Source: Auanema rhodensis
Lineage: Eukaryota > Animalia > Nematoda
DNA: 64,000 bases
Assembly: GCA_964057225.1 (NCBI GenBank)
Contig: CAXKVF010000078.1
Coordinates: 620,001-684,000, forward strand
Direction: 5' to 3'
Positions 26,754 through 40,931 of this stretch are shown piece after piece. The translations under genes were made by a program, and so were the position numbers. Within the stretch, counting starts at the first letter, position 1. Each line of letters opens with the position of its first letter. The notes below the pieces were generated by a model that saw only the letters and a list, made by a program, of their open reading frames with translations, was not told the DNA's origin and did not search any database.

Positions 26754-29700
26754 ACCAAGTGCACATCACGTGTACATTTAATTAGCATAAATTAAAGTTC
26801 ACGTAAACTTCAAAGTCATGGTTACCATGAAGCAATATCAATAAAAATTTGTTTTTAGACTAATATGGACATGGGGAATCTAATTTTGAAAACCGCATCT
26901 CTTTATCTTTCACGTGAAGCGAGTTACATACCAAGTGCACATCACGTGTACATTTAATTAGCATAAATTAAAGTTCACGTAAATTTCAAAGTCATGGTTA
27001 CCATGAACCAATATCAATAAAAATTTGTTTTTAGACTAATATGGACATGGGGAATCTAATTTTGAAAACCGCATCTCTTTATCTTTCACGTGAAGCGAGT
27101 TACATACCAAGTGCACATCACGTGTACATTTAATTAGCATAAATTAAAGTTCACGTAAACTTCAAAGTCATGGTTACCATGAAGCAATATCAATAAAAAT
27201 TTGTTTTTAGACTAATATGGACATGGGGAATCTAATTTTGAAAACCGCATCTCTTTATCTTTCACGTGAAGCGAGTTACATACCAAGTGCACATCACGTG
27301 TACATTTAATTAGCATAAATTAAAGTTCACGTAAACTTCAAAGTCATGGTTACCATGAAGCAATATCAATAAAAATTTGTTTTTAGACTAATATGGACAT
27401 GGGGAATCTAATTTTGAAAACCGCATCTCTTTATCTTTCACGTGAAGCGAGTTACATACCAAGTGCACATCACGTGTACATTTAATTAGCATAAATTAAA
27501 GTTCACGTAAATTTCAAAGTCATGGTTACCACGAACCAATATCAATAAAAATTTGTTTTTAGACTAATATGGACATGGGGAATCTAATTTTGAAAACCGC
27601 ATCTCTTTATCTTTCACGTGAAGCGAGTTACATACCAAGTGCACATCACGTGTACATTTAATTAGCATAAATTAAAGTTCACGTAAATTTCAAAGTCATG
27701 GTTACCATGAACCAATATCAATAAAAATTTGTTTTTAGACTAATATGGACATGGGGAATCTAATTTTGAAAACCGCATCTCTTTATCTTTCACGTGAAGC
27801 GAGTTACATACCAAGTGCACATCACGTGTACATTTAATTAGCATAAATTAAAGTTCACGTAAATTTCAAAGTCATGGTTACCATGCACCAATATCAATAA
27901 AAATTTGTTTTTAGACTAATATGGACATGGGGAATCTAATTTTGAAAACCGCATCTCTTTATCTTTCACGTGAAGCGAGTTACATACCAAGTGCACATCA
28001 CGTGTACATTTAATTAGCATAAATTAAAGTTCACGTAAATTTCAAAGTCATGGTTACCATGAACTAATATCAATAAAAATTTGTTTTTAGACTAATATGG
28101 ACATGGGGAATCTAATTTTGAAAACCGCATCTCTTTATCTTTCACGTGAAGCGAGTTACATACCAAGTGCACATCACGTGTACATTTAATTAGCATAAAT
28201 TAAAGTTCACGTAAATTTCAAAGTCATGGTTACCATGAAGCAATATCAATAAAAATTTGTTTTTAGACTAATATGGACATGGGGAATCTAATTTTGAAAA
28301 CCGCATCTCTTTATCTTTCACGTGAAGCGAGTTACATACCAAGTGCACATCACGTGTACATTTAATTAGCATAAATTAAAGTTCACGTAAATTTCAAAGT
28401 CATGGTTACCATGAACCAATATCAATAAAAATTTGTTTTTAGACTAATATGGACATGGGGAATCTAATTTTGAAAACCGCATTTCTTTATCTTTCACGTG
28501 AAGCGAGTTACATACCAAGTGCACATCACGTGTACATTTAATTAGCATAAATTAAAGTTCACGTAAATTTCAAAGTCATGGTTACCATGCACCAATAACA
28601 ATAAAAATTTGTTTTTAGACTAATATGGACATGGGGAATCTAATTTTGAAAACCGCATCTCTTTATCTTTCACGTGAAGCGAGTTACATACCAAGTGCAC
28701 ATCACGTGTACATTTAATTAGCATAAATTAAAGTTCACGTAAACTTCAAAGTCATGGTTACCATGAAGCAATATCAATAAAAATTTGTTTTTAGACTAAT
28801 ATGGACATGGGGAATCTAATTTTGAAAACCGCATCTCTTTTTCTTTCACGTGAAGCGAGTTACATACCAAGTGCACATCACGTGTACATTTAATTAGCAT
28901 AAATTAAAGTTCACGTAAATTTCAAAGTCATGGTTACCACGAACCAATATCAATAAAAATTTGTTTTTAGACTAATATGGACATGGGGAATCTAATTTTG
29001 AAAACCGCATCTCTTTATCTTTCACGTGAAGCGAGTTACATACCAAGTGCACATCACGTGTACATTTAATTAGCATAAATTAAAGTTCACGTAAATTTCA
29101 AAGTCATGGTTACCATGAACCAATATCAATAAAAATTTGTTTTTAGACTAATATGGACATGGGGAATCTAATTTTGAAAACCGCATCTCTTTATCTTTCA
29201 CGTGAAGCGAGTTACATACCAAGTGCACATCACGTGTACATTTAATTAGCATAAATTAAAGTTCACGTAAATTTCAAAGTCATGGTTACCATGCACCAAT
29301 ATCAATAAAAATTTGTTTTTAGACTAATATGGACATGGGGAATCTAATTTTGAAAACCGCATCTCTTTATCTTTCACGTGAAGCGAGTTACATACCAAGT
29401 GCACATCACGTGTACATTTAATTAGCATAAATTAAAGTTCACGTAAATTTCAAAGTCATGGTTACCATGAACTAATATCAATAAAAATTTGTTTTTAGAC
29501 TAATATGGACATGGGGAATCTAATTTTGAAAACCGCATTTCTTTATCTTTCACGTGAAGCGAGTTACATACCAAGTGCACATCACGTGTACATTTAATTA
29601 GCATAAATTAAAGTTCACGTAAATTTCAAAGTCATGGTTACCATGCACCAATAACAATAAAAATTTGTTTTTAGACTAATATGGACATGGGGAATCTAAT

Positions 29701-30449
29701 TTTGAAAACCGCATCTCTTTATCTTCCACGTGAAGCGAGTTACATACCAAGTGCACATCACGTGTACATTTAATTAGCATAAATTAAAGTTCACGTAAAC
29801 TTCAAAGTCATGGTTACCATGAAGCAATATCAATAAAAATTTGTTTTTAGACTAATATGGACATGGGGAATCTAATTTTGAAAACCGCATCTCTTTATCT
29901 TTCACGTGAAGCGAGTTACATACCAAGTGCACATCACGTGTACATTTAATTAGCATAAATTAAAGTTCACGTAAATTTCAAAGTCATGGTTACCATGAAC
30001 CAATATCAATAAAAATTTGTTTTTAGACTAATATGGACATGGGGAATCTAATTTTGAAAACCGCATCTCTTTATCTTTCACGTGAAGCGAGTTACATACC
30101 AAGTGCACATCACGTGTACATTTAATTAGCATAAATTAAAGTTCACGTAAATTTCAAAGTCATGGTTACCATGAAGCAATATCAATAAAAATTTGTTTTT
30201 AGACTAATATGGACATGGGGAATCTAATTTTGAAAACCGCATCTCTTTATCTTTCACGTGAAGCGAGTTACATACCAAGTGCACATCACGTGTACATTTA
30301 ATTATCATGAATTAAAGTTCACGTAAATTTCAAAGTCATGGTTACCATGCACCAATATGAATAAAAATTTGTTTTTAGACTAATATGGACATGGGGAATC
30401 TAATTTTGAAAACCGCATCTCTTTATCTTTCACGTGAAGCGAGTTACAT

Positions 30450-30586
30450 ACCAAGTGCACATCACGTGTACATTTAATTAGCATAAATTAAAGTTCACGT
30501 AAATTTTGTTTTTAGACTAATATGGACATGGGGAATCTAATTTTGAAAACCGCATCTCTTTATCTTTCACGTGAAGCGAGTTACAT
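30450..30586 (+). repeat. Truncated 137-bp monomer (39-bp internal deletion), copy 1
   Basis: The junction reads cacgtaaattttgtttttagac. The next monomer starts at 30587. Confidence 0.97.
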
Positions 30587-31290
30587 ACCAAGTGCACATC
30601 ACGTGTACATTTAATTAGCATAAATTAAAGTTCACGTAAATTTCAAAGTCATGGTTACCATGAAGCAATATCAATAAAAATTTGTTTTTAGACTATTATG
30701 GACATGAGGAATCTAATTTTGAAAACCGCATCTCTTTATCTTTCACGTGAAGCGAGTTACATACCAAGTGCACATCACGTGTACATTTAATTAGCATAAA
30801 TTAAAGTTCACGTAAATTTCAAAGTCATGGTTACCATGAACCAATATCAATAAAAATTTGTTTTTAGACTAATATGGACATGGGGAATCTAATTTTGAAA
30901 ACCGCATCTCTTTATCTTTCACGTGAAGCGAGTTACATACCAAGTGCACATCACGTGTACATTTAATTAGCATAAATTAAAGTTCACGTAAATTTCAAAG
31001 TCATGGTTACCATGCACCAATATCAATAAAAATTTGTTTTTAGACTAATATGGACATGGGGAATCTAATTTTGAAAACCGCATCTCTTTATCTTTCACGT
31101 GAAGCGAGTTACATACCAAGTGCACATCACGTGTACATTTAATTAGCATGAATTAAAGTTCACGTAAATTTCAAAGTCATGGTTACCATGCACCAATATG
31201 AATAAAAATTTGTTTTTAGACTAATATGGACATGGGGAATCTAATTTTGAAAACCGCATCTCTTTATCTTTCACGTGAAGCGAGTTACAT

Positions 31291-31427
31291 ACCAAGTGCA
31301 CATCACGTGTACATTTAATTAGCATAAATTAAAGTTCACGTAAATTTTGTTTTTAGACTAATATGGACATGGGGAATCTAATTTTGAAAACCGCATCTCT
31401 TTATCTTTCACGTGAAGCGAGTTACAT
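31291..31427 (+). repeat. Truncated 137-bp monomer (same 39-bp deletion), copy 2
   Basis: The junction is identical and lies 841 bp after copy 1. The next monomer starts at 31428. Confidence 0.97.
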
Positions 31428-31955
31428 ACCAAGTGCACATCACGTGTACATTTAATTAGCATAAATTAAAGTTCACGTAAATTTCAAAGTCATGGTTACC
31501 ATGAAGCAATATCAATAAAAATTTGTTTTTAGACTATTATGGACATGAGGAATCTAATTTTGAAAACCGCATCTCTTTATCTTTCACGTGAAGCGAGTTA
31601 CATACCAAGTGCACATCACGTGTACATTTAATTAGCATAAATTAAAGTTCACGTAAATTTCAAAGTCATGGTTACCATGAACCAATATCAATAAAAATTT
31701 GTTTTTAGACTAATATGGACATGGGGAATCTAATTTTGAAAACCGCATCTCTTTATCTTTCACGTGAAGCGAGTTACATACCAAGTGCACATCACGTGTA
31801 CATTTAATTAGCATAAATTAAAGTTCACGTAAATTTCAAAGTCATGGTTACCATGAAGCAATATCAATAAAAATTTGTTTTTAGACTAATATGGACATGG
31901 GGAATCTAATTTTGAAAACCGCATCTCTTTATCTTTCACGTGAAGCGAGTTACAT

Positions 31956-34900
31956 ACCAAGTGCACATCACGTGTACATTTAATTAGCATGAATTAAAGT
32001 TCACGTAAATTTCAAAGTCATGGTTACCATGCACCAATATCAATAAAAATTTGTTTTTAGACTAATATGGACATGGGGAATCTAATTTTGAAAACCGCAT
32101 CTCTTTATCTTTCACGTGAAGCGAGTTACATACCAAGTGCACATCACGTGTACATTTAATTAGCATAAATTAAAGTTCACGTAAATTTCAAAGTCATGGT
32201 TACCATGCACCAATATCAATAAAAATTTGTTTTTAGACTAATATGGACATGGGGAATGTAATTTTGAAAACCGCATCTCTTTATCTTTCACGTGAAGCGA
32301 GTTACATACCAAGTGCACATCACGTGTACATTTAATTAGCATAAATTAAAGTTCACGTAAATTTCAAAGTCATGGTTACCATGCACCAATATCAATAAAA
32401 ATTTGTTTTTAGACTAATATGGACATGGGGAATCTAATTTTGAAAACCGCATCTCTTTATCTTTCACGTGAAGCGAGTTACATACCAAGTGCACATCACG
32501 TGTACATTTAATTAGCATAAATTAAAGTTCACGTAAATTTCAAAGTCATGGTTACCATGCACCAATATCAATAAAAATTTGTTTTTAGACTAATATGGAC
32601 ATGGGGAATCTAATTTTGAAAACCGCATCTCTTTATCTTTCACGTGAAGCGAGTTACATACCAAGTGCACATCACGTGTACATTTAATTAGCATAAATTA
32701 AAGTTCACGTAAATTTCAAAGTCATGGTTACCATGCACCAATATCAATAAAAATTTGTTTTTAGACTAATATGGACATGGGGAATCTAATTTTGAAAACC
32801 GCATCTCTTTATCTTTCACGTGAAGCGAGTTACATACCAAGTGCACATCACGTGTACATTTAATTAGCATAAATTTAAGTTCACGTAAATTTCAAAGTCA
32901 TGGTTACCATGCACCAATATCAATAAAAATTTGTTTTTAGACTAATATGGACATGGGGGATCTAATTTTGAAAACCGCATCTCTTTATCTTTCACGTGAA
33001 GCGAGTTACATACCAAGTGCACATCACGTGTACATTTAATTAGCATAAATTAAAGTTCACGTAAATTTCAAAGTCATGGTTATCATGAACCAATATCAAT
33101 AAAAATTTGTTTTTAGACTAATATGGACATGGGTAATCTAATTTTGAAAACCGCATCTCTTTATCTTTCACGTGAAGCGAGTTACATACCAAGTGCACAT
33201 CACGTGTACATTTAATTAGCATAAATTAAAGTTCACGTAAATTTCAAAGTCATGGTTACCATGAACCAATATCAATAAAAATTTGTTTTTAGACTAATAT
33301 GGACATGGGGAATCTAATTTTGAAAACCGCATCTCTTTATCTTTCACGTGAAGCGAGTTACATACCAAGTGCACATCACGTGTACATTTAATTAGCATAA
33401 ATTAAAGTTCACGTAAATTTCAAAGTCATGGTTACCATGCACCAATATCAATAAAAATTTGTTTTTAGACTAATATGGACATGGGGAATCTAATTTTGAA
33501 AACCGCATCTCTTTATCTTTCACGTGAAGCGAGTTACATACCAAGTGCACATCACGTGTACATTTAATTAGCATAAATTAAAGTTCACGTAAATTTCAAA
33601 GTCATGGTTACCATGCACCAATATCAATAAAAATTTGTTTTTAGACTAATATGGACATGGGGAATCTAATTTTGAAAACCGCATCTCTTTATCTTTCACG
33701 TGAAGAGAGTTACATACCAAGTGCACATCACGTGTACATTTAATTAGCATAAATTAAAGTTCACGTAAATTTCAAAGTCATGGTTACCATGAACCAATAT
33801 CAATAAAAATTTGTTTTTAGACTAATATGGACATGGGGAATCTAATTTTGAAAACCGCATCTCTTTATCTTTCACGTGAAGCGAGTTACATACCAAGTGC
33901 ACATCACGTGTACATTTAATTAGCATAAATTAAAGTTCACGTAAATTTCAAAGTCATGGTTACCATGAACCAATATCAATAAAAATTTGTTTTTAGACTA
34001 ATATGGACATGGGGAATCTAATTTTGAAAACCGCATCTCTTTATCTTTCACGTGAAGCGAGTTACATACCAAGTGCACATCACGTGTACATTTAATTAGC
34101 ATAAATTAAAGTTCACGTAAATTTCAAAGTCATGGTTACCATGAACCAATATCAATAAAAATTTGTTTTTAGACTAATATGGACATGGGGAATCTAATTT
34201 TGAAAACCGCATCTCTTTATCTTTCACGTGAAGCGAGTTACATACCAAGTGCACATCACGTGTACATTTAAATAGCATAAATTAAAGTTCACGTAAATTT
34301 CAAAGTCATGGTTACCATGCACCAATATCAATAAAAATTTGTTTTTAGACTAATATGGACATGGGGAATCTAATTTTGAAAACCGCATCTCTTTATCTTT
34401 CACGTGAAGCGAGTTACATACCAAGTGCACATCACGTGTACATTTAATTAGCATAAATTAAAGTTCACGTAAAATTCAAAGTCATGGTTACCATGCACCA
34501 ATATCAATAAAAATTTGTTTTTAGACTAATATGGACATGGGGAATCTAATTTTGAAAACCGCATCTCTTTATCTTTCACGTGAAGCGAGTTACATACCAA
34601 GTGCACATCACGTGTACATTTAATTAGCATAAATTAAAGTTCACGTAAATTTCAAAGTCATGGTTACCATGAACCAATATCAATAAAAATTTGTTTTTAG
34701 ACTAATATGGACATGGGGAATCTAATTTTGAAAACCGCATCTCTTTATCTTTCACGTGAAGCGAGTTACATACCAAGTGCACATCACGTGTACATTTAAT
34801 TAGCATAAATTAAAGTTCACGTAAATTTCAAAGTCATGGTTACCATGAACCAATATCAATAAAAATTTGTTTTTAGACTAATATGGACATGAAGAATCTA

Positions 34901-37900
34901 ATTTTGAAAACCGCATCTCTTTATCTTTCACGTGAAGCGAGTTACATTCCAAGTGCACATCACGTGTACATTTAATTAGCATAAATTAAAGTTCACGTAA
35001 ATTTCAAAGTCATGGTTACCATGAAGCAATATCGATAAAAATTTGTTTTTAGACTAATATGGACATGGGGAATCTAATTTTGAAAACCGCATCTCTTTAT
35101 CTTTCACGTGAAGCGAGTTACATACCAAGTGCACATCACGTGTACATTTAATTAGCATAAATTAAAGTTCACGTAAATTTCAAAGTCATGGTTACCATGA
35201 AGCAATATCAATAAAAATTTGTTTTTAGACTAATATGGACATGGGGAATCTAATTTTGAAAACCGCATCTCTTTATCTTTCACGTGAAGCGAGTTACATA
35301 CCAAGTGTACATCACGTGTACATTTAATTAGCATAAATTAAAGTTCACGTAAATTTCAAAGTCATGGTTACCATGAAGCAATATCAATAAAAATTTGTTT
35401 TTAGACTAATATGGACATGGGGAATCTAATTTTGAAAACCGCATCTCTTTATCTTTCACGTGAAGCGAGTTACATACCAAGTGCACATCACGTGTACATT
35501 TAATTAGCATAAATTAAAGTTCACGTAAATTTCAAAGTCATGGTTACCATGAACCAATATCAATAAAAATTTGTTTTTAGACTAATATGGACATGGGGAA
35601 TCTAATTTTGAAAACCGCATCTCTTAATCTTTCACGTGAAGCGAGTTACATACCAAGTGCACATCACGTGTACATTTAATTAGCATGAATTAAAGTTCAC
35701 GTAAATTTCAAAGTCATGGTTACCATGAACCAATATCAATAAAATATTGTTTTTAGACTAATATGGACATGGGGAATCTAATTTTGAAAACCGCATCTCT
35801 TTATCTTTCTCGTGAAGCGAGTTACATACCAAGGGCACATCACGTGTACATTTAATTAGCATAAATTAAAGTTCACGTAAATTTCAAAGTCATGGTTACC
35901 ATGAACCAATATCAATAAAAATTTGTTTTTAGACTAATATGGACATGGGGAATCTAATTTTGAAAACCGCATCTCTTTATCTTTCACGTGAAGCGAGTTA
36001 CATACCAAGTGCACATCACGTGTACATTTAATTAGCATAAATTAAAGTTCACGTAAATTTCAAAGTCATGGTTACCATGAACCAATATCAATAAAAATTT
36101 GTTTTTAGACTAATATGGACATGAAGAATCTAATTTTGAAAACCGCATCTCTTTATCTTTCACGTGAAGCGAGTTACATTCCAAGTGCACATCACGTGTA
36201 CATTTAATTAGCATAAATTAAAGTTCACGTAAATTTCAAAGTCATGGTTACCATGAAGCAATATCGATAAAAATTTGTTTTTAGACTAATATGGACATGG
36301 GGAATCTAATTTTGAAAACCGCATCTCTTTATCTTTCACGTGAAGCGAGTTACATACCAAGTGCACATCACGTGTACATTTAATTAGCATAAATTAAAGT
36401 TCACGTAAATTTCAAAGTCATGGTTACCATGAAGCAATATCAATAAAAATTTGTTTTTAGACTAATATGGACATGGGGAATCTAATTTTGAAAACCGCAT
36501 CTCTTTATCTTTCACGTGAAGCGAGTTACATACCAAGTGTACATCACGTGTACATTTAATTAGCATAAATTAAAGTTCACGTAAATTTCAAAGTCATGGT
36601 TACCATGAAGCAATATCAATAAAAATTTGTTTTTAGACTAATATGGACATGGGGAATCTAATTTTGAAAACCGCATCTCTTTATCTTTCACGTGAAGCGA
36701 GTTACATACCAAGTGCACATCACGTGTACATTTAATTAGCATAAATTAAAGTTCACGTAAATTTCAAAGTCATGGTTACCATGAACCAATATCAATAAAA
36801 ATTTGTTTTTAGACTAATATGGACATGGGGAATCTAATTTTGAAAACCGCATCTCTTAATCTTTCACGTGAAGCGAGTTACATACCAAGTGCACATCACG
36901 TGTACATTTAATTAGCATGAATTAAAGTTCACGTAAATTTCAAAGTCATGGTTACCATGAACCAATATCAATAAAATATTGTTTTTAGACTAATATGGAC
37001 ATGGGGAATCTAATTTTGAAAACCGCATCTCTTTATCTTTCTCGTGAAGCGAGTTACATACCAAGGGCACATCACGTGTACATTTAATTAGCATAAATTA
37101 AAGTTCACGTAAATTTCAAAGTCATGGTTACCATGAACCAATATCAATAAAAATTTGTTTTTAGACTAATATGAACATGGGGAATCTAATTTTGAAAACC
37201 GCATTTCTTTATCTTTCACGTGAAGCGAGTTACATACCGAGTGCACATCACGTGTACATTTAATTAGCATAAATTAAAGTTCACGTAAATTTCAAAGTCA
37301 TGGTTACCATGCACCAATATCAATAAAAATTTGTTTTTAGACTAATATGGACATGGGGAATCTAATTTTGAAAACCGCATCTCTTTATCTTTCACGTGAA
37401 GCGAGTTACATACCAAGTGCACATCACGTGTACATTTAATTAGCATAAATTAAAGTTCACGTAAATTTCAAAGTCATGGTTACCATGAACCAATATCAAT
37501 AAAAATTTGTTTTTAGACTAATATGGACATGGGGAATCTAATTTTGAAAACCGCATCTCTTAATCTTTCACGTGAAGCGAGTTACATACCAAGTGCACAT
37601 CACGTGTACATTTAATTAGCATGAATTAAAGTTCACGTAAATTTCAAAGTCATGGTTACCATGAACCAATATCAATAAAAATTTGTTTTTAGACTAATAT
37701 GGACATGGGGAATCTAATTTTGAAAACCGCATCTCTTTATCTTTCTCGTGAAGCGAGTTACATACCAAGGGCACATCACGTGTACATTTAATTAGCATAA
37801 ATTAAAGTTCACGTAAATTTCAAAGTCATGGTTACCATGAACCAATATCAATAAAAATTTGTTTTTAGACTAATATGGACATGGGGAATCTAATTTTGAA

Positions 37901-40900
37901 AACCGCATTTCTTTATCTTTCACGTGAAGCGAGTTACATACCAAGTGCACATCACGTGTACATTTAATTAGCATAAATTAAAGTTCACGTAAATTTCAAA
38001 GTCATGGTTACCATGCACCAATATCAATAAAAATTTGTTTTTAGACTAATATGGACATGGGGAATCTAATTTTGAAAACCGCATCTCTTTATCTTTCACG
38101 TGAAGCGAGTTACATACCAAGTGCACATCACGTGTACATTTAATTAGCATGAATTAAAGTTCACGTAAATTTCAAAGTCATGGTTACCATGCACCAATAT
38201 CAATAAAAATTTGTTTTTAGACTAATATGGACATGGGGAATCTAATTTTGAAAACCGCATCTCTTTATCTTTCACGTGAAGCGAGTTACATACCAAGTGC
38301 ACATCACGTGTACATTTAATTAGCATAAATTAAAGTTCACGTAAATTTCAAAGTCATGGTTACCATGCACCAATATCAATAAAAATTTGTTTTTAGACTA
38401 ATATGGACATGGGGAATGTAATTTTGAAAACCGCATCTCTTTATCTTTCACGTGAAGCGAGTTACATACCAAGTGCACATCACGTGTACATTTAATTAGC
38501 ATAAATTAAAGTTCACGTAAATTTCAAAGTCATGGTTACCATGCACCAATATCAATAAAAATTTGTTTTTAGACTAATATGGACATGGGGAATCTAATTT
38601 TGAAAACCGCATCTCTTTATCTTTCACGTGAAGCGAGTTACATACCAAGTGTACATCACGTGTACATTTAATTAGCATAAATTAAAGTTCACGTAAATTT
38701 CAAAGTCATGGTTACCATGCGCCAATATCAATAAAAATTTGTTTTTAGACTAATATGGACATGGGGAATCTAATTTTGAAAACCGCATCTCTTTATCTTT
38801 CACGTGAAGCGAGTTACATACCAAGTGCACATCACGTGTACATTTAATTAGCATAAATTAAAGTTCACGTAAATTTCAAAGTCATGGTTACCATGCACCA
38901 ATATCAATAAAAATTTGTTTTTAGACTAATATGGACATGGGGAATCTAATTTTGAAAACCGCATCTCTTTATCTTTCACGTGAAGCGAGTTACATACCAA
39001 GTGCACATCACGTGTACATTTAATTAGCATAAATTTAAGTTCACGTAAATTTCAAAGTCATGGTTACCATGCACCAATATCAATAAAAATTTGTTTTTAG
39101 ACTAATATGGACATGGGGGATCTAATTTTGAAAACCGCATCTCTTTATCTTTCACGTGAAGCGAGTTACATACCAAGTGCACATCACGTGTACATTTAAT
39201 TAGCATAAATTAAAGTTCACGTAAATTTCAAAGTCATGGTTATCATGAACCAATATCAATAAAAATTTGTTTTTAGACTAATATGGACATGGGTAATCTA
39301 ATTTTGAAAACCGCATCTCTTTATCTTTCACGTGAAGCGAGTTACATACCAAGTGCACATCACGTGTACATTTAATTAGCATAAATTAAAGTTCACGTAA
39401 ATTTCAAAGTCATGGTTACCATGAACCAATATCAATAAAAATTTGTTTTTAGACTAATATGGACATGGGTAATCTAATTTTGAAAACCGCATCTCTTTAT
39501 CTTTCACGTGAAGCGAGTTACATACCAAGTGCACATCACGTGTACATTTAATTAGCATAAATTAAAGTTCACGTAAATTTCAAAGTCATGGTTACCATGC
39601 ACCAATATCAATAAAAATTTGTTTTTAGACTAATATGGACATGGGGAATCTAATTTTGAAAACCGCATCTCTTTATCTTTCACGTGAAGCGAGTTACATA
39701 CCAAGTGCACATCACGTGTACATTTAATTAGCATAAATTAAAGTTCACGTAAATTTCAAAGTCATGGTTACCATGCACCAATATCAATAAAAATTTGTTT
39801 TTAGACTAATATGGACATGGGGAATCTAATTTTGAAAACCGCATCTCTTTATCTTTCACGTGAAGAGAGTTACATACCAAGTGCACATCACGTGTACATT
39901 TAATTAGCATAAATTAAAGTTCACGTAAATTTCAAAGTCATGGTTACCATGAACCAATATCAATAAAAATTTGTTTTTAGACTAATATGGACATGGGGAA
40001 TCTAATTTTGAAAACCGCATCTCTTTATCTTTCACGTGAAGCGAGTTACATACCAAGTGCACATCACGTGTACATTTAATTAGCATAAATTAAAGTTCAC
40101 GTAAATTTCAAAGTCATGGTTACCATGAACCAATATCAGTAAAAATTTGTTTTTAGACTAATATGGACATGGGGAATCTAATTTTGAAAACCGCATCTCT
40201 TTATCTTTCACGTGAAGCGAGTTACATACCAAGTGCACATCACGTGTACATTTAATTAGCATAAATTAAAGTTCACGTAAATTTCAAAGTCATGGTTACC
40301 ATGAACCAATATCAATAAAAATTTGTTTTTAGACTAATATGGACATGGGGAATCTAATTTTGAAAACCGCATCTCTTTATCTTTCACGTGAAGCGAGTTA
40401 CATACCAAGTGCACATCACGTGTACATTTAAATAGCATAAATTAAAGTTCACGTAAATTTCAAAGTCATGGTTACCATGCACCAATATCAATAAAAATTT
40501 GTTTTTAGACTAATATGGACATGGGGAATCTAATTTTGAAAACCGCATCTCTTTATCTTTCACGTGAAGCGAGTTACATACCAAGTGCACATCACGTGTA
40601 CATTTAATTAGCATAAATTAAAGTTCACGTAAAATTCAAAGTCATGGTTACCATGCACCAATATCAATAAAAATTTGTTTTTAGACTAATATGGACATGG
40701 GGAATCTAATTTTGAAAACCGCATCTCTTTATCTTTCACGTGAAGCGAGTTACATACCAAGTGCACATCACGTGTACATTTAATTAGCATAAATTAAAGT
40801 TCACGTAAATTTCAAAGTCATGGTTACCATGAACCAATATCAATAAAAATTTGTTTTTAGACTAATATGGACATGGGGAATCTAATTTTGAAAACCGCAT

Positions 40901-40931
40901 CTCTTTATCTTTCACGTGAAGCGAGTTACAT
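31956..40931 (+). repeat. Higher-order duplication with 35-monomer (6160-bp) period: 31956-34771 vs 38116-40931
   Basis: Markers at offset 6160: catgaatt 31991/38151, gaatgta 32258/38418, aaatttaag ~32876/39036, ggggga ~32959/39119, ttatcatg ~33084/39244, gggtaat 33134/39294, gaagagag 33706/39866, aaatagc ~34272/40432, aaaattc 34474/40634. Confidence 0.92.
34772..37235 (+). repeat. 7-monomer (1232-bp) near-perfect tandem duplication
   Basis: Markers at offset 1232: atgaagaatc ~34892/36124, atcgat 35034/36266, aagtgtac 35308/36540, cttaatct 35626/36858, aaatattg 35745/36977, aagggcac 35834/37066. Confidence 0.93.
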
